A stretch of 64,000 bases of DNA from Scyliorhinus canicula (Eukaryota), in the NCBI RefSeq assembly GCF_902713615.1, contig NC_052147.1, positions 232,631,758-232,695,757 of the forward strand, in the 5' to 3' direction. Under the pieces are notes generated by a model. That model had not been told where the DNA came from. It was given only the letters and a program-made list of their open reading frames with translations, and did no database searches. Shown one piece after another: positions 1 to 10,993 of this stretch. The translations under genes were made by a program, and so were the position numbers. How positions within the stretch are numbered: position 1 is the first letter of the stretch; each line of letters starts with the position of its first letter.

Positions 1-130
1 GATTCTTAAGGGGCTTGACAGAGTAAATGCTGAGAGGATGTTTCCCCTCCTGAGAGGGACTGGCTGACTAGGACCAGGGAAGGCATAGCCTCACAATAAA
101 GGGATGCCAATTTAAGACTGAGATGAGGAG
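1..130 (+). mobile_element. CR1 LINE 3' fragment, left half (split by element A)
   Basis: ...tttaagactgagatgaggag continues as gaatttcttctct at 4952, the typical CR1 ORF2 C-terminal region. Confidence 0.85.
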
Positions 131-160
131 TGATGAGACCATCAATTCACGTGACACGCA

Positions 161-389
161 GGGCAGCATGGTGGCCTAGTGGTTAGCACAACTGCCTCAC
201 GGCAGTGAGGTCCCAGGTTCGATCCCGGCTCTGGGTCACTGTCCGTGTGGAGTTTGCACGTTCTCCCCGTGTCTGCGTGGGTTTCACCCCCACAACCCAA
301 AAATGTGCAGAGTAGGTGGATTGGCCACGCTAAATTGCCCCTTAATTGGAAAAAATAATTGGCTAATCTAAATTTATTTTAAAAAAAAC
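161..389 (+). mobile_element. tRNA-derived SINE (HE1-like) inserted in the 3' LTR of element A
   Basis: A box TGGCCTAGTGG, B box GGTTCGATCC, A-rich tail, ~15-bp TSD aattcacgtgacacg / aattcatgcgacacg. Confidence 0.9.
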
Positions 390-1001
390 AAATTCATGCG
401 ACACGTGGTTAGAAGCGAACAGTGGTTTTAATCATCTTACAACAGAGCCTGCCTGTAACGAGATGAACTCTAGATGAACTGGCAGGAAGGCTCACAACAG
501 CAACCTTTATACTTCCGGTTAGGGGGAGGAGCCATGGGTGGAGCCATGGGCGGAGCCAAGGGTGGAGACCAGTACAAGCTCCTCATCTCCCCCTATGGGT
601 AGAGCCGCGCAACTACACATGATCTAGTACAAGGTACAGGCTCAACACATGTTGCACAATACAGTGTAGATTATTAGTGTTTATAATTCACCACATTCAC
701 CCCTTGTGAAAAAATCAAGTCCGGCGGGGGTGATGGCTTACAAATTGAGTCTGTCCGGTGGTCGAGTTGTCCGTTGCAATCGGCGGAGCACCGGGGTTGC
801 AGCCTCTTCTGGTGGCTGGACGATCACGGTTGGTTGGGGTACGATGGCGGATTCAGGGGGTGATTCTGTCCGAGCTGGGACGAGTTGGGTGGGGTGTAGT
901 GTGAGGGGTACCTCGGCGGTGGTAGTGGGATTCGATCCTGCCGGCGCTAGGTCCCGGAGGAATACAGAGTCCTGACGGCCGTCAGGGTACTCTATGAAGG
1001 C

Positions 1002-4000
1002 TTATTGGGGGTTTGAGTGTAGTAGAAGCACTTTCTCTACGAGTGGGTCAGTTTTGTGTGCCCTGATGTGCTTCCGGAGGAGTACCGGGCCCGGTGTCTT
1101 CAACCATGCTGGGAGCGAAGCCCCCGTGGTAGTGCCCCTGGAGAAAAAAAAGAGCCGCTCATGAGGGGTCTGGTTGGCAGCGGTCCATAGGAGGGACCTA
1201 ATAGCGTGGAGCGCGTCGGGGAGGACCTCCTGCCAATGGGAAACCGGGAGACTCCTGGACCGGAGGATCAGGAGGACGGCCTTCCAGACCGTCGCATTCT
1301 CCCTCTCCACCTGCCCGTTCCCCCTGGGGTTATAGCTGGTAGCCCTGCTCGAGGCGATGCCCTTGTCGAGCAGGTACTGACGCAGCGCGTCGCTCATAAA
1401 GGACGAACCGCTGTCGCTGTGTACGTAGCTGGGGAAACCAAACAGGGTGAAGATACTATGCAGCACCCTAATGACTGTGTGGGAGGTCATATCGGGGCAC
1501 GGGATAGCAAAAGGGAAGCGGGAGAACTCGTCGATGACATTCAGGAAGTACACATTCCGATTATTCGAGGGAAGTGGCCCTTTGAAATCGATGACGAGGC
1601 GTTCAAAGGGCCGAGAAGCCTTGACCAGGTGGGCCCTGTCTGGTCTATAGAAGTGCGGTTTGCACTCCGCATAGATCGGGCAATCCCTGGTGATGGCTTT
1701 TACCTCCTCAGTGGAGAAAGGTAGATTTCGGGCTTTGACATAGTGGGCGAGCCAGATGACCCCCGGGTGGCAGAGGTCATTGTAGATGGCTTTCAGGCGG
1801 TCGCTCTGCATGCTGGCGCACGTGCTGTGGGACAGGGCATCTGGGGGCTCGTTGAGCTTCCCCGGTCGATACATGATATTGTATTTGTAGGTGGAGAGTT
1901 CGATCCTCCACCTCAGGATTTCCTCATTTTTAATTTTGCCCCTTTGCGAGTTGTCAAACATGAAGGCAACCGATCTTTGGTCGGTGATGAGGGTGAACTT
2001 TCTACCTGTGAGGTAGTGCCTCCAGTGACGTACAGCCTCCACAATGGCTTGTGCTTCCTTTTCGACCAAGGAGTGTCGAAGTTCTGAAGCGGAGAGGGTT
2101 CGGGAGAAAAATGCGACTGGTCTCCCTGCCTGAATCAATGTGGCTGCAAGAGTGACCTCTAGAGGCATCGCTCTCAACCTGAAAAGGGACGGATTCATCC
2201 ATCGCCCGCATGGCGGCCTTGGCGATGTCCTCCTTGATGCAGTTGAAGGCCTGGCGAGCCACAGCCAACAGGGGGAAAAGTGTGGCTTAAATAGTGGGCG
2301 GGCTTTGTCCGCATATTGAGGGACCCACTGGGCATAGTATGAAAAGAATCCCAGGCACCGTTTGAGGGCCCTGGGACAAGAAGGGAGAGGGAGTTCTAAG
2401 AGGGGGCGCATACGGTCCGGGTCGGGGCCCAGGACTCTGTTTTCCACGACATAGCCGAGGATTGCTAGCCTGGTCGTGCAGAAAACGCATTTCTCCACGT
2501 TGTAAATGAGGTTGTGTTTCTGGGCCGTCTGGAGAAATCGATGGAGGTTGGCATCATGGTCCTGCTGGTCATAGCCGCAGATGGTGACGTTATCCAAGTA
2601 CAGAAACGTGGCCCGCAGCCCGTACTGGTCCACCATTCGGTCCATTGCTCGTTGGAACACCGAGACCCCGTTTGTGACGCCAAAGGGAACCCGGAGGAAA
2701 TGGAAGAGGCGGCCATCGGCCTCGAACGCCGTGTAGTGGCAGTCCTCCGGGCGGATTGGGAGCAGGTGGTATGCAGACTTCAGATCCACCGTGGAGAAAA
2801 TACGATACTTGGCTATCTGATTCACCATGTCTTCAATCCTGGGGAGGGGGTACGTGTCGAGGAGCGTAAACCGATTAATGGTCTGACTATAGTCCACGAC
2901 CATGCGGAATTTTTCCCCAGTCTTGACGACCACCACCTGAGCTCTCCAGGGGCTGTTACTGGCATCTGTGATCCCCTCACGTAGGAGCCTCCAGACCTCG
3001 GTTCTGATAAACACCCTGTCCTGCAGGCTGTACCGCCTGCTGCGAGTGGCTATGGGTTTGCAGTCCGGAGTGAGATTGGCAAAGAGTGGAGGGGGGGAGA
3101 TTCGCAGCGTCTCTAGGCTGCAGATGGTGAGTGGGGGTAGGGGTCCGCCGAAGCGGAGGGTGAGACTTTTGACGTTACACTGGAAATCGAGTCCCAGTAA
3201 GAGTGGGGCGCAGAGTTCAGGCAGAACGTATAGTTGAAAATTAGAGTAGCTAGCGCCTTGGATCGTTAGGGTCGCGACGGTGCGCCCATGGAGGTGAACA
3301 GAGTGGGAGCCCGAAGCGAGGGAGATAGTTTGCCGTGCAGGAAAAACAGGGAGCGAACAGCGTCTTACCAGATCTGGGTGTACGAAGCTCTCGGTGCTCC
3401 CAGAGTCGAAGAGGCACGGTGTACTGTACCCGTTGAATTTAACGGTCATCATGGAGTTGTGGAGGTGTTTCGGACGCGACTGGTCCAACGTGACCGCGCT
3501 GAGTTGTGGGTAGTCGGCGGCTCGATCAGCTGAGCTGGAGTGGCCCTGTGATGAATGCCTGCTGAGGTCGCAGTCTTCGATCTGGGTTGCTGAGATTGGA
3601 GAGGATGGAGCCCAAGATGGCCGCCCCCGTGGATCGCACGTGGTGGGCGGCGAAGAAGATGGCGTCCAAGATGGCGGCCCCCATGAGTCGCACGTGGCCG
3701 GCTGCGTGGTGGAGGTTTGCCAAGATGGCGGCCCCCATGGGTCGCACGTGGTGGGTGGCGGCGGAGTCGGAGTACAGGCCGCGGCGTTACGGGGCCTGCG
3801 GGCCTGCAAATTCAGGGAATGGGTGCTCTGAGCTGCGGGAGGGTTAGAGGCTGGGGCTTTCTTCGCCAGACATACTCTGGCATAGAGTCCTTTGCGACCG
3901 CAGCTGCTGCAGGTCGCGTTGCGGGCCGGGCAGTGCTGCCGCAGGTGCTGGGGCTGGCCACAAAAGTGGCAGGCTGGAGTAGCATAGTGGCTGGGTGGCC

Positions 4001-4600
4001 GCGTGGCGCAGGCCTGGGGTAGTCGCTGGTCGGGGGCCCATGACGGGGTCGCGGAGTCCGCAGGGAACGAGGTGAGGCTGCGGAACGAGACCTCCATAGT
4101 AGTGGCGAGTTCTACAGTGTCTTCTAAGTTTTGGGCCCCTTTCTCAAGCAACCGCTGGCGCACGTAATTGGATCTGAGGCCTGCAACAAATACATCGCGG
4201 ACAGCGAGTTCCCTATGTTCTGCAGCATTTACAGCTTGGTAATTACAGTCCTGGGATAAGGTTTTTAAGTCTTTTAGGACTTCTTCTAGCGATTCTGTGG
4301 GGTGAGTAGTGTAGTACAAACGTGGTGCGCATAGACCTCATTGATGGGCCTCACGTACATTATGACGAGTAGGGCCAGGGCCTCTGTATATGAGCCGGTA
4401 CAATTAAGTTGAGTAGATATACGATGGCTCACCCATGCTTGCAGTAGGCTGAGTTTCTGCTCCTCCGTAGTTTCTGTAGTATTTGCTTCAGCTAGGTAGG
4501 CCTTAAAACATCGGAGCCAGTGTGAAAAGATTTCTTTCGCCTCTGCATCCTGTGGGTCGAGTTCCAGTCGATCAGGTTTGAGGGCTGATTCCATGGTCAT
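1002..4600 (-). pseudogene. gag-pol of element A (frameshifts near 4300 and 2150-2290; premature stop at 1002)
   Basis: Gag start MESALKPDRLELDP; tandem Zn knuckles CHFCGQPQHLRQHC and CSSCGRKG; protease LFDSGS; RT YLDNV; RNase H; integrase with D,D35E (IDFKGP, HSDSG, GQVEREN). Confidence 0.92.
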
Positions 4601-4628
4601 TCCTTACTGTTTCTTAAGACGATTAAAT

Positions 4629-4946
4629 TGATGAAACCATCAATTCACGCGACACGTGGTTAGAAGTGAACAGTGGTTTTAATCGTCTTACAACAGAGCC
4701 TGCCTGTAACGAGATGAACTCTAGATGAACTGGCAGGCAGGCTCACAACAGCAACCTTTATACTTCCGGTTAGGGGGAGGAGCCATGGGTGGACCCATGG
4801 GCGGAGCCAAAGATGGAGCCCAGTACAAGCTCCTCATCTCCCCCTATGGGTAGAGCCGCACAACTACACATGACCTAGTACAAGGTACAGGCTCAACACA
4901 TGTTGTACAATACAGTATAGATTATTAGTGTTTATAATTCACCACA
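4629..4946 (-). repeat. 5' LTR of element A
   Basis: Direct repeat of 131-695; minus-strand TATAAA at 4757-4762, Inr-like CAGTT at 4728-4732, ATTAAA at 4678-4683. Confidence 0.95.
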
Positions 4947-4951
4947 AGGAG

Positions 4952-5195
4952 GAATTTCTTCTCTGAGGGTTGTGAGTCTTTGGAATGTCTTGCAACAGAG
5001 ACCTCTGGTCGCAGGATCCTTGTATACGTTTAAGGCTGAGATAGATCGATTCTTGATAAGTGAGGGAATCGAGGGTTACGGGAAAGGGCAGGAATGTGGG
5101 CAAGAGGAATGTCAAATTAGCCATGATCCTATTGAATGGCAGAGAAGGCTGAAGGGCCCAAATGGCCTATTCCTGTTCCCATTTCTTACGGTCAA
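4952..5195 (+). mobile_element. CR1 LINE 3' fragment, right half
   Basis: Continuation of 1-130; FKAEIDRFL coding remnant and CR1-type 3' tail. Confidence 0.85.
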
Positions 5196-5356
5196 ATCAA
5201 AAATGTCAGTATTCATGTAAGAGCTTTGACAGTGTTCCAGATGATTTGTGCACCGCCACAAATTAAAATGCAAGTGGTCACGGAAATAATCACTTTTTTT
5301 TTTAGAAATGATGCTGTGCAATTCAACAATAGCAATTTACATTTATATTGCACCGT

Positions 5357-5601
5357 TGTGGCGCTAACAATTATACTCAAAGTCGAGAGACAAGTACAAT
5401 AGAGGCTTTATTGCTGTGCGATGCTATTCCTCCATCTGCAACTGTAGACTAGGATCTGAGTGACTCACACGCATATTTATACACAAGCTCCCTCTGGGCG
5501 GAGCTAGCTGGCAGGGGCTTACCGAAGGAACCTGTATTACAGGTACAGGCATACATCCCCCTACTGCAAGTGCACATCACTACAGTGATTATATCACCAC
5601 A
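5357..5601 (-). repeat. Solo LTR of element B, flanked on both sides by TSD ACCGT
   Basis: TG..CA, about 96% identical to 10356-10600; ACCGT at 5352-5356 and 5602-5606. Confidence 0.93.
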
Positions 5602-6228
5602 ACCGTTAATGTAGAAAGATGTGCCCGCATTTCACAGAGGGCCAGCTCACACAAATGGACATTAACCCAAAGTAAATTTGGTCCGAACTGTACATTTTAA
5701 AAAGAGTTTTATAGGAAGAAAGGTGGAGAGAAGAAGGGATTTAGTGAAGGAATTCCATAGTGGGAGTTAATCACTGAAGGCAGATCTGAATAGATAGAAA
5801 GTGCACCAAGTGGTGTGAGTCAGAGAGAGGAATGGCAAAGGTTGTGGGGCCCTAGGAGGATAAAGAGATGGGGAGGACTGAGGCTGAAGGAAATTAAACA
5901 CAAGGCCGAGGATTTTAAATTGGAGGCATTGACAATGTTGGGTAATGAGAACAGGAGTGATCAGTGAGCAGAATTTGGTGCAAATAGAATCATAGAATTT
6001 ATAGTGCAGAAGGAGGCCATTCGGCCCCTTGAGTCTGCACTGGCCTTTGGAAAGAGCCCCCCACTTAAACCCACGCCTCCACCCTATCCCTATAACCCAG
6101 TAACCCCACCTAACCTTTTTGGACACTAAGGGCAATTTATCATGCCCAATCCACCTATCCTGCACATCTTTGGGCTGTGATTCTATGAGAACATGGACAG
6201 GGCAACATAAAAACATGGGCAGGATACT
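5357..6228. repeat. Copy 1 of local duplication (LTR + flank + SINE fragment); copy 2 is 10356-11930
   Basis: 5602-5990 vs 10601-10990 differ at about 3 positions; 5992-6228 matches about 11694-11930. Confidence 0.92.
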
Positions 6229-9200
6229 GCAAGTACACATCACTACAGTGGTTATATCACCACATTCACCCCCTGTAAAAAAATGAGTCCGGCGGGGGTG
6301 ACATGTAACTATAATACAAAGGATGATATATTTACAAGAGGGTCCAAACAAAGAAAACCAAGAGTCCATCCGGTTAGCAGGTTACAGGTTGAGCCGAATC
6401 GGCGGTCGGCCGTTCCGCTGTCATTGGCATAGCTGTGGTAGCGACGTCAGCACAGGCGGTGATGGCAACGATGGTGCAGGTGCTGACGGTGTTGGTGCTG
6501 GCTGCTGGCGGGATGACTCCGAGGCGAGCCGAAATCTTCCGTGTCCTCCAGTGTGGGCAGGGGGACGATGGATGGACCTGGTGGGGACGAATAGGGGGAC
6601 GCCGGGGAGAAGGAGGGTGGCGCAGGGGGAAAAAGGGTCGTGGGCATGGGATTGGCACCTGAGGGAGCCAGGTCCCGGAGCGAGACTGTGTCCTGGCGGC
6701 CGTCGGGGAACTCCACGTAGGCATACTGAGGGTTGGCGTGGAGAAGGCGTACTTTGCCCACCAGGGGTTCCGCCTTGTGGTGCCGGACATGCCTACGGAG
6801 AAGGACTGGGCCCGGAGTCGTGAGCCACGTCGGGAGCGATACCCGGGATGTAGACTTCCTAGGGAAGGCAAAAACACATTCATGGGGTGTACTGTTAGTT
6901 GCGATGCACAGTGGCGACCGAATGGAATGGAGCGGGTCAGGGAGGACCTGCTGCCAGCGAGCGGCTGGGAGGTTCCTGGACCGTAGGGCCAGCTGGTCGG
7001 CCCTCCATACCGTCCCGTTCTCCCTCTCTACCTGCCCGTTTCCCTGGGGGTTGTAGCTGGTCGTCCTGCTGGAGGCGATACCCCTGCTAAGCAGGAAATG
7101 ACGCAGCTCATCACTCATGAACGAGGATCCCCTGTCACTGTGGATGTAGTCGGGGAAACCGAACAGGGCGAAAATGGAATCCAGGGCCTTGATGACAGTG
7201 GCAGACGTCATATCCAGGCATGGGATGGCGAAGGGGAACCTAGAAAATTCATCGACCACACTAAGGATGTAGGTGTTGCGGTCGGTGGAGGGGAGGGGCC
7301 CTTTGAAGTCCACGCTGAGGCGTTCAAAGGGGCGGGACGCTTTCACCAGGCGTGCGCGATCTGGCCGGTAGAAGTGCGGCTTGCACTCGGCACAGACCTG
7401 GCAGTCTCTGGTGACTGTCCGTACTTCCTCGACGGAGTAGGGCAGATTGCGGGCTTTGATTAGATGGTACAAGCGAGTGACCCCCGGAAGGCAAAGGCTC
7501 TCGTGCAAGACACGGAGCTGGTTCACTTATGCGCTGGCACATGTACCTCGGGAGAGGGCGTCTGGGGGCTCGTTGAGCTTGCCGGGGCGATACAAGATCT
7601 CGTAGTTGAAGGTGGAGAGCTCGATTCTCCACCGCAAGATTTTGTCATTCTTGATCTTGCCCCGCTGCGTGTTGTTGAACATGAAGGCTACCAACCATTC
7701 GTCAGTGAGGAGAGTGAATCTCCTGCCGGCGAGGTAATGCCTCCAGTGCCGCACTTCTTCAATGATTGCCTGGGCCTCCTTTTCAACAAAAGAATGCCGA
7801 ATTTCAGAGGCGTGGAGGGTGTGTGAAAAGAATGCCACGGGTCTGCCTGCCTGATTCAGCGTGGCGGCAATTGCGACATCTGAAGCGTCGCTCTCTACTT
7901 GGAAAGGCAGAGTCTCGTCTACTGCGTGCATCCCGGCCCTGGCTACATCAGATCGAATGCGGGCGAAGGCCTGTTGTGCCTCGGCCGAGAGGGGAAAATG
8001 TGTGGACTAGATAAGTGGGCGGGCCTTGTCCGCGTATTGTGGGACCCACTGGGCGTAATAAGAGAAAAACCCAAGGCAGCGTTTGAGGACCTTGGGGCAG
8101 TGGGGAATTGGGAGCTCCATGAGGGGGAGCATGCGGTCGGGATCGGGTCCCAGTAGTCCGTTTTGGACTACCTAGCCGAGGATGGCTAAGCGGTCTGTGC
8201 GGAACACGCACTTCTCCTTGTTGTACGTGAGATTAAGGAGAGATGCGGTGTGGAGGAATTTAGAAAGGTTGGCATCATGGTCCTGCTGGTCATGGCCGCA
8301 GATGGTGACATTGTCGAGGTACGGGAAGGTGGCCTGCAGTCCGTACCGGTCAACCATTCGGTCCATTTCTCGTTGAAATACCGAGACTCCATTCGTGACG
8401 CCGAAGGGAACCCTAAGAAATTGGTACAGACGACCGTCTGCCTTGAAGGCAGTGTAGGGACGGTCCGATTTACGGATGGGGAGCTGGTGGTAGGCGGATT
8501 TCAGGTCAATAGTAGAGAAGACCCGGTATTGTTCAATCTGATTGACCATATCAGAAATGCGGGGGAGGGGGTACACGTCGAGCTGCGTGTACCGGTTGAT
8601 GGTCTGGCTGTAGTCCACAACCATCCTGTGCTTCTCCCCGATCTTAACCACTACCACCTGGGCTCTCCAAGGGCTGTTGCTGGCCTCGATAATACCCTCC
8701 CGAAGCAGCCGCTGGACTTCGGACCTGATGAAGGTCTTGTCCTGGGTGCTGTACCGTCTGCTCCTGGTGGCGACGGGCTTGCAGTCTGCGGTCAGATTGG
8801 CAAAGAGTGAGGGAGGCTCGACCTTGAGGGTCGCGAGGCCGCAAACGGTGAGGGGAGGTAGGGGTCCGCCGAATTTGAGAGTGAGGCTCTGGAGATTGCA
8901 CTGGAAATCCAGGCCTAGTAAGAGTGACGCGCAGAGGTTGGGGAGAATGTACAGACGGAAACGGTCGAATTTCACGCCCTGTACAGTAAGTTTAACCAGG
9001 CAGAAACCCTGGATCGGGACAGAGTGGGACCCAGAGGCGAGAGAGATCTGCCGGTTGGCGGGATGGACCGCAAGGGAATAGCGCCTTACTGTGTCAGGGT
9101 GGACGAAGCTCTCGGCGCTCCCGGAGACGATGAGGCATGAGGTCATGTGGCCATTGACCAGCACCGATGTGGAAGAGGTGCCAGGTTGCAAGGACGCGAC

Positions 9201-10600
9201 TGGTCGAGCGTAATGGAGGCGAGTAGCGGGCGATCGGCGGTCGAGTCAGATGATTCCGACGAGGAGCGGCAGCGACCCGTGTCCCGGGGGAGGACAAAAT
9301 GGCGGCGTCTGGAGAACCTGTGGACAAAATGGCGGCACCCATGGAACGCACATGGTGGTGGTGGATGAAGATGGCGACGCCCATGGAGCGCACGTGACGG
9401 GACGGCGAAAGATGGCGGCACCCACTGATCGCACGTGGATTCGGGGGGAGCCGACGTCGGGGCCCATTGAGCGAGCAGTTGAGGCGAGGGGACCAGGGGC
9501 GCAATAGCGGCAACCGTCCGGGACTGACACACCGCTGCAAAGTGGCCTTTCTTGCCACAAGCTTTGCAGGTCGCGGTGCGGGCCGGGCAGCGATGGCGGG
9601 GGTGCTTCTGCTGACCACAGAAGTAACAGTGGGGACCCCCGGGGAGCGCGATGCGGCGAGCAGCGCAAGCGTAGTGCGCGGGGGCCACTGCTGGGGGGCT
9701 GTTTGCGGTTTCCAAGAAGGGTAGGACGGGTGGGCCTGGGTGTCCGTTTGCGGGGTCCACGAGGGGTAGGACGGGTGGGCCGAGTGGCTAGCGGAGTAAG
9801 ATCGCGCACTACGAGAGGCGGCCGTCATGGAAAGCGCCAGAGCCTTTGCGGCCACGAGGTCGAGGGCGGGCACTTCCAGCAGTCCTTGCCGGATGGGGTC
9901 CGATGCAATGCCTGTAACGAAGGTATCGCGCATGAGTAAGTCAGAGTGTTCCGTGGAAGTGAGGGCCCGGCAGTCGCAGTTTCGTACCAGAGGTATAAGG
10001 GCCCTCCAGAAGTCCTCATTTGACTCACCCGGCTGCTGGACGCGAGCAGAGAGTTGATGCCTCGCAAACAGGGTGTTCGTCGACTGTGCATAGTTCTCCT
10101 TGAGCAGTCCCATAGCTGCGGTGTAGTCAGTCACATCTCGAATTAGCGGAAAGACACTGGAGCTAAGTGTGGAGTACAGGAGTTGCTTTTTCTGAGCCTC
10201 CGTCGGGGGAGGGTCCGCTGAAGAGATGTAGGCCTCGAAGACTGCGAGCCAGTGAACAAAGTCTTTTCTGGCATGAGGCGACTGCGGATCCAGCTGCAGA
10301 CGGTCAGGCTTGATTCTGATGTCCATGGTGAACTGAAAATCACACAGCAATAAATTATGGCGCTAACAATTATACTCAAAGACGAGAGACAAGTATAATA
10401 GAGGCTTTATTGCTGTGCAATGCTATTCCTCCATCTGCAACTGTAGACTAGGGTCTGAGTGACTCACACGCATATTTATACACAAGCTCCCTGTGGGCGG
10501 AGCTAGCCGGCAGGGGCTTACCGAAGGAACCTGTATTACAGGTACAGGCATACATCCCCCTACTGCAAGTACACATCACTATAGTGGTTATATCACCACA
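6225..10600 (-). mobile_element. Ty3/Gypsy LTR retrotransposon B (related to A, different LTR); 3' LTR cut to 40 bp
   Basis: 5' LTR 10356-10600 followed by ACCGT; partial 3' LTR 6225-6264; PPT at about 6265-6274; gag-pol in several frames. Confidence 0.94.
6447..10326 (-). pseudogene. gag-pol of element B (multiple frameshifts/stops)
   Basis: MDIRIKPDRLQLDP; Zn knuckles CYFCGQQKHPRHRC and CKACGKKGHFAAVC; RT YLDNV; RNase H SDASD; integrase VDFKGP/HSDRG/GQVEREN. Confidence 0.92.
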
Positions 10601-10993
10601 ACCGTTAATGTAGAAAGATGTGCCCGCATTTCACAGAGGGCCAGCTCACACAAATGGACATTAACCCAAAGTAAATTTGGTCCGAACTGTACATTTTAAA
10701 AAGAGTTTTATAGGAAGAAAGGTGGAGAGAAGAAGGGATTTAGTGAAGGAATTCCATAGTGGGAGTTAATCACTGAAGGCAGATCTCAATAGATAGAAAG
10801 TGCACCAAGTGGTGTGAGTCAGAGAGAGGAATGGCAAAGGTTGTGGGGCCCTAGGAGGATAAAGAGATGGGGAGGACTGAGGCTGAAGGAAATTAAACAC
10901 AAGGCCGAGGATTTTAAATTGGAGGCATTGACAATGTTGGATAATGAGAACAGGAGTGATCAGTGAGAAGAATTTGGTGCAAATAGAATCATA

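Larger units (their letters stand above)
131..4946 (-). mobile_element. Full-length Ty3/Gypsy LTR retrotransposon A (Mag-like), mildly decayed
   Basis: TG..CA LTRs at 131-695 (contains a SINE) and 4629-4946, about 13 mismatches in 318 bp. TSD AGGAG at 126-130 and 4947-4951. PPT at about 696-705. Domain order Gag-PR-RT-RH-IN. Confidence 0.96.

Noticed and set aside
161-240. tRNA-like sequences with A and B boxes
   Set aside because: These are SINE heads followed by SINE bodies and tails, not tRNA genes.
696-1001. env gene or chromodomain after the integrase of A or B
   Set aside because: Only a short Pro/Thr-rich tail lies between the integrase core and the PPT; no such motifs are visible.
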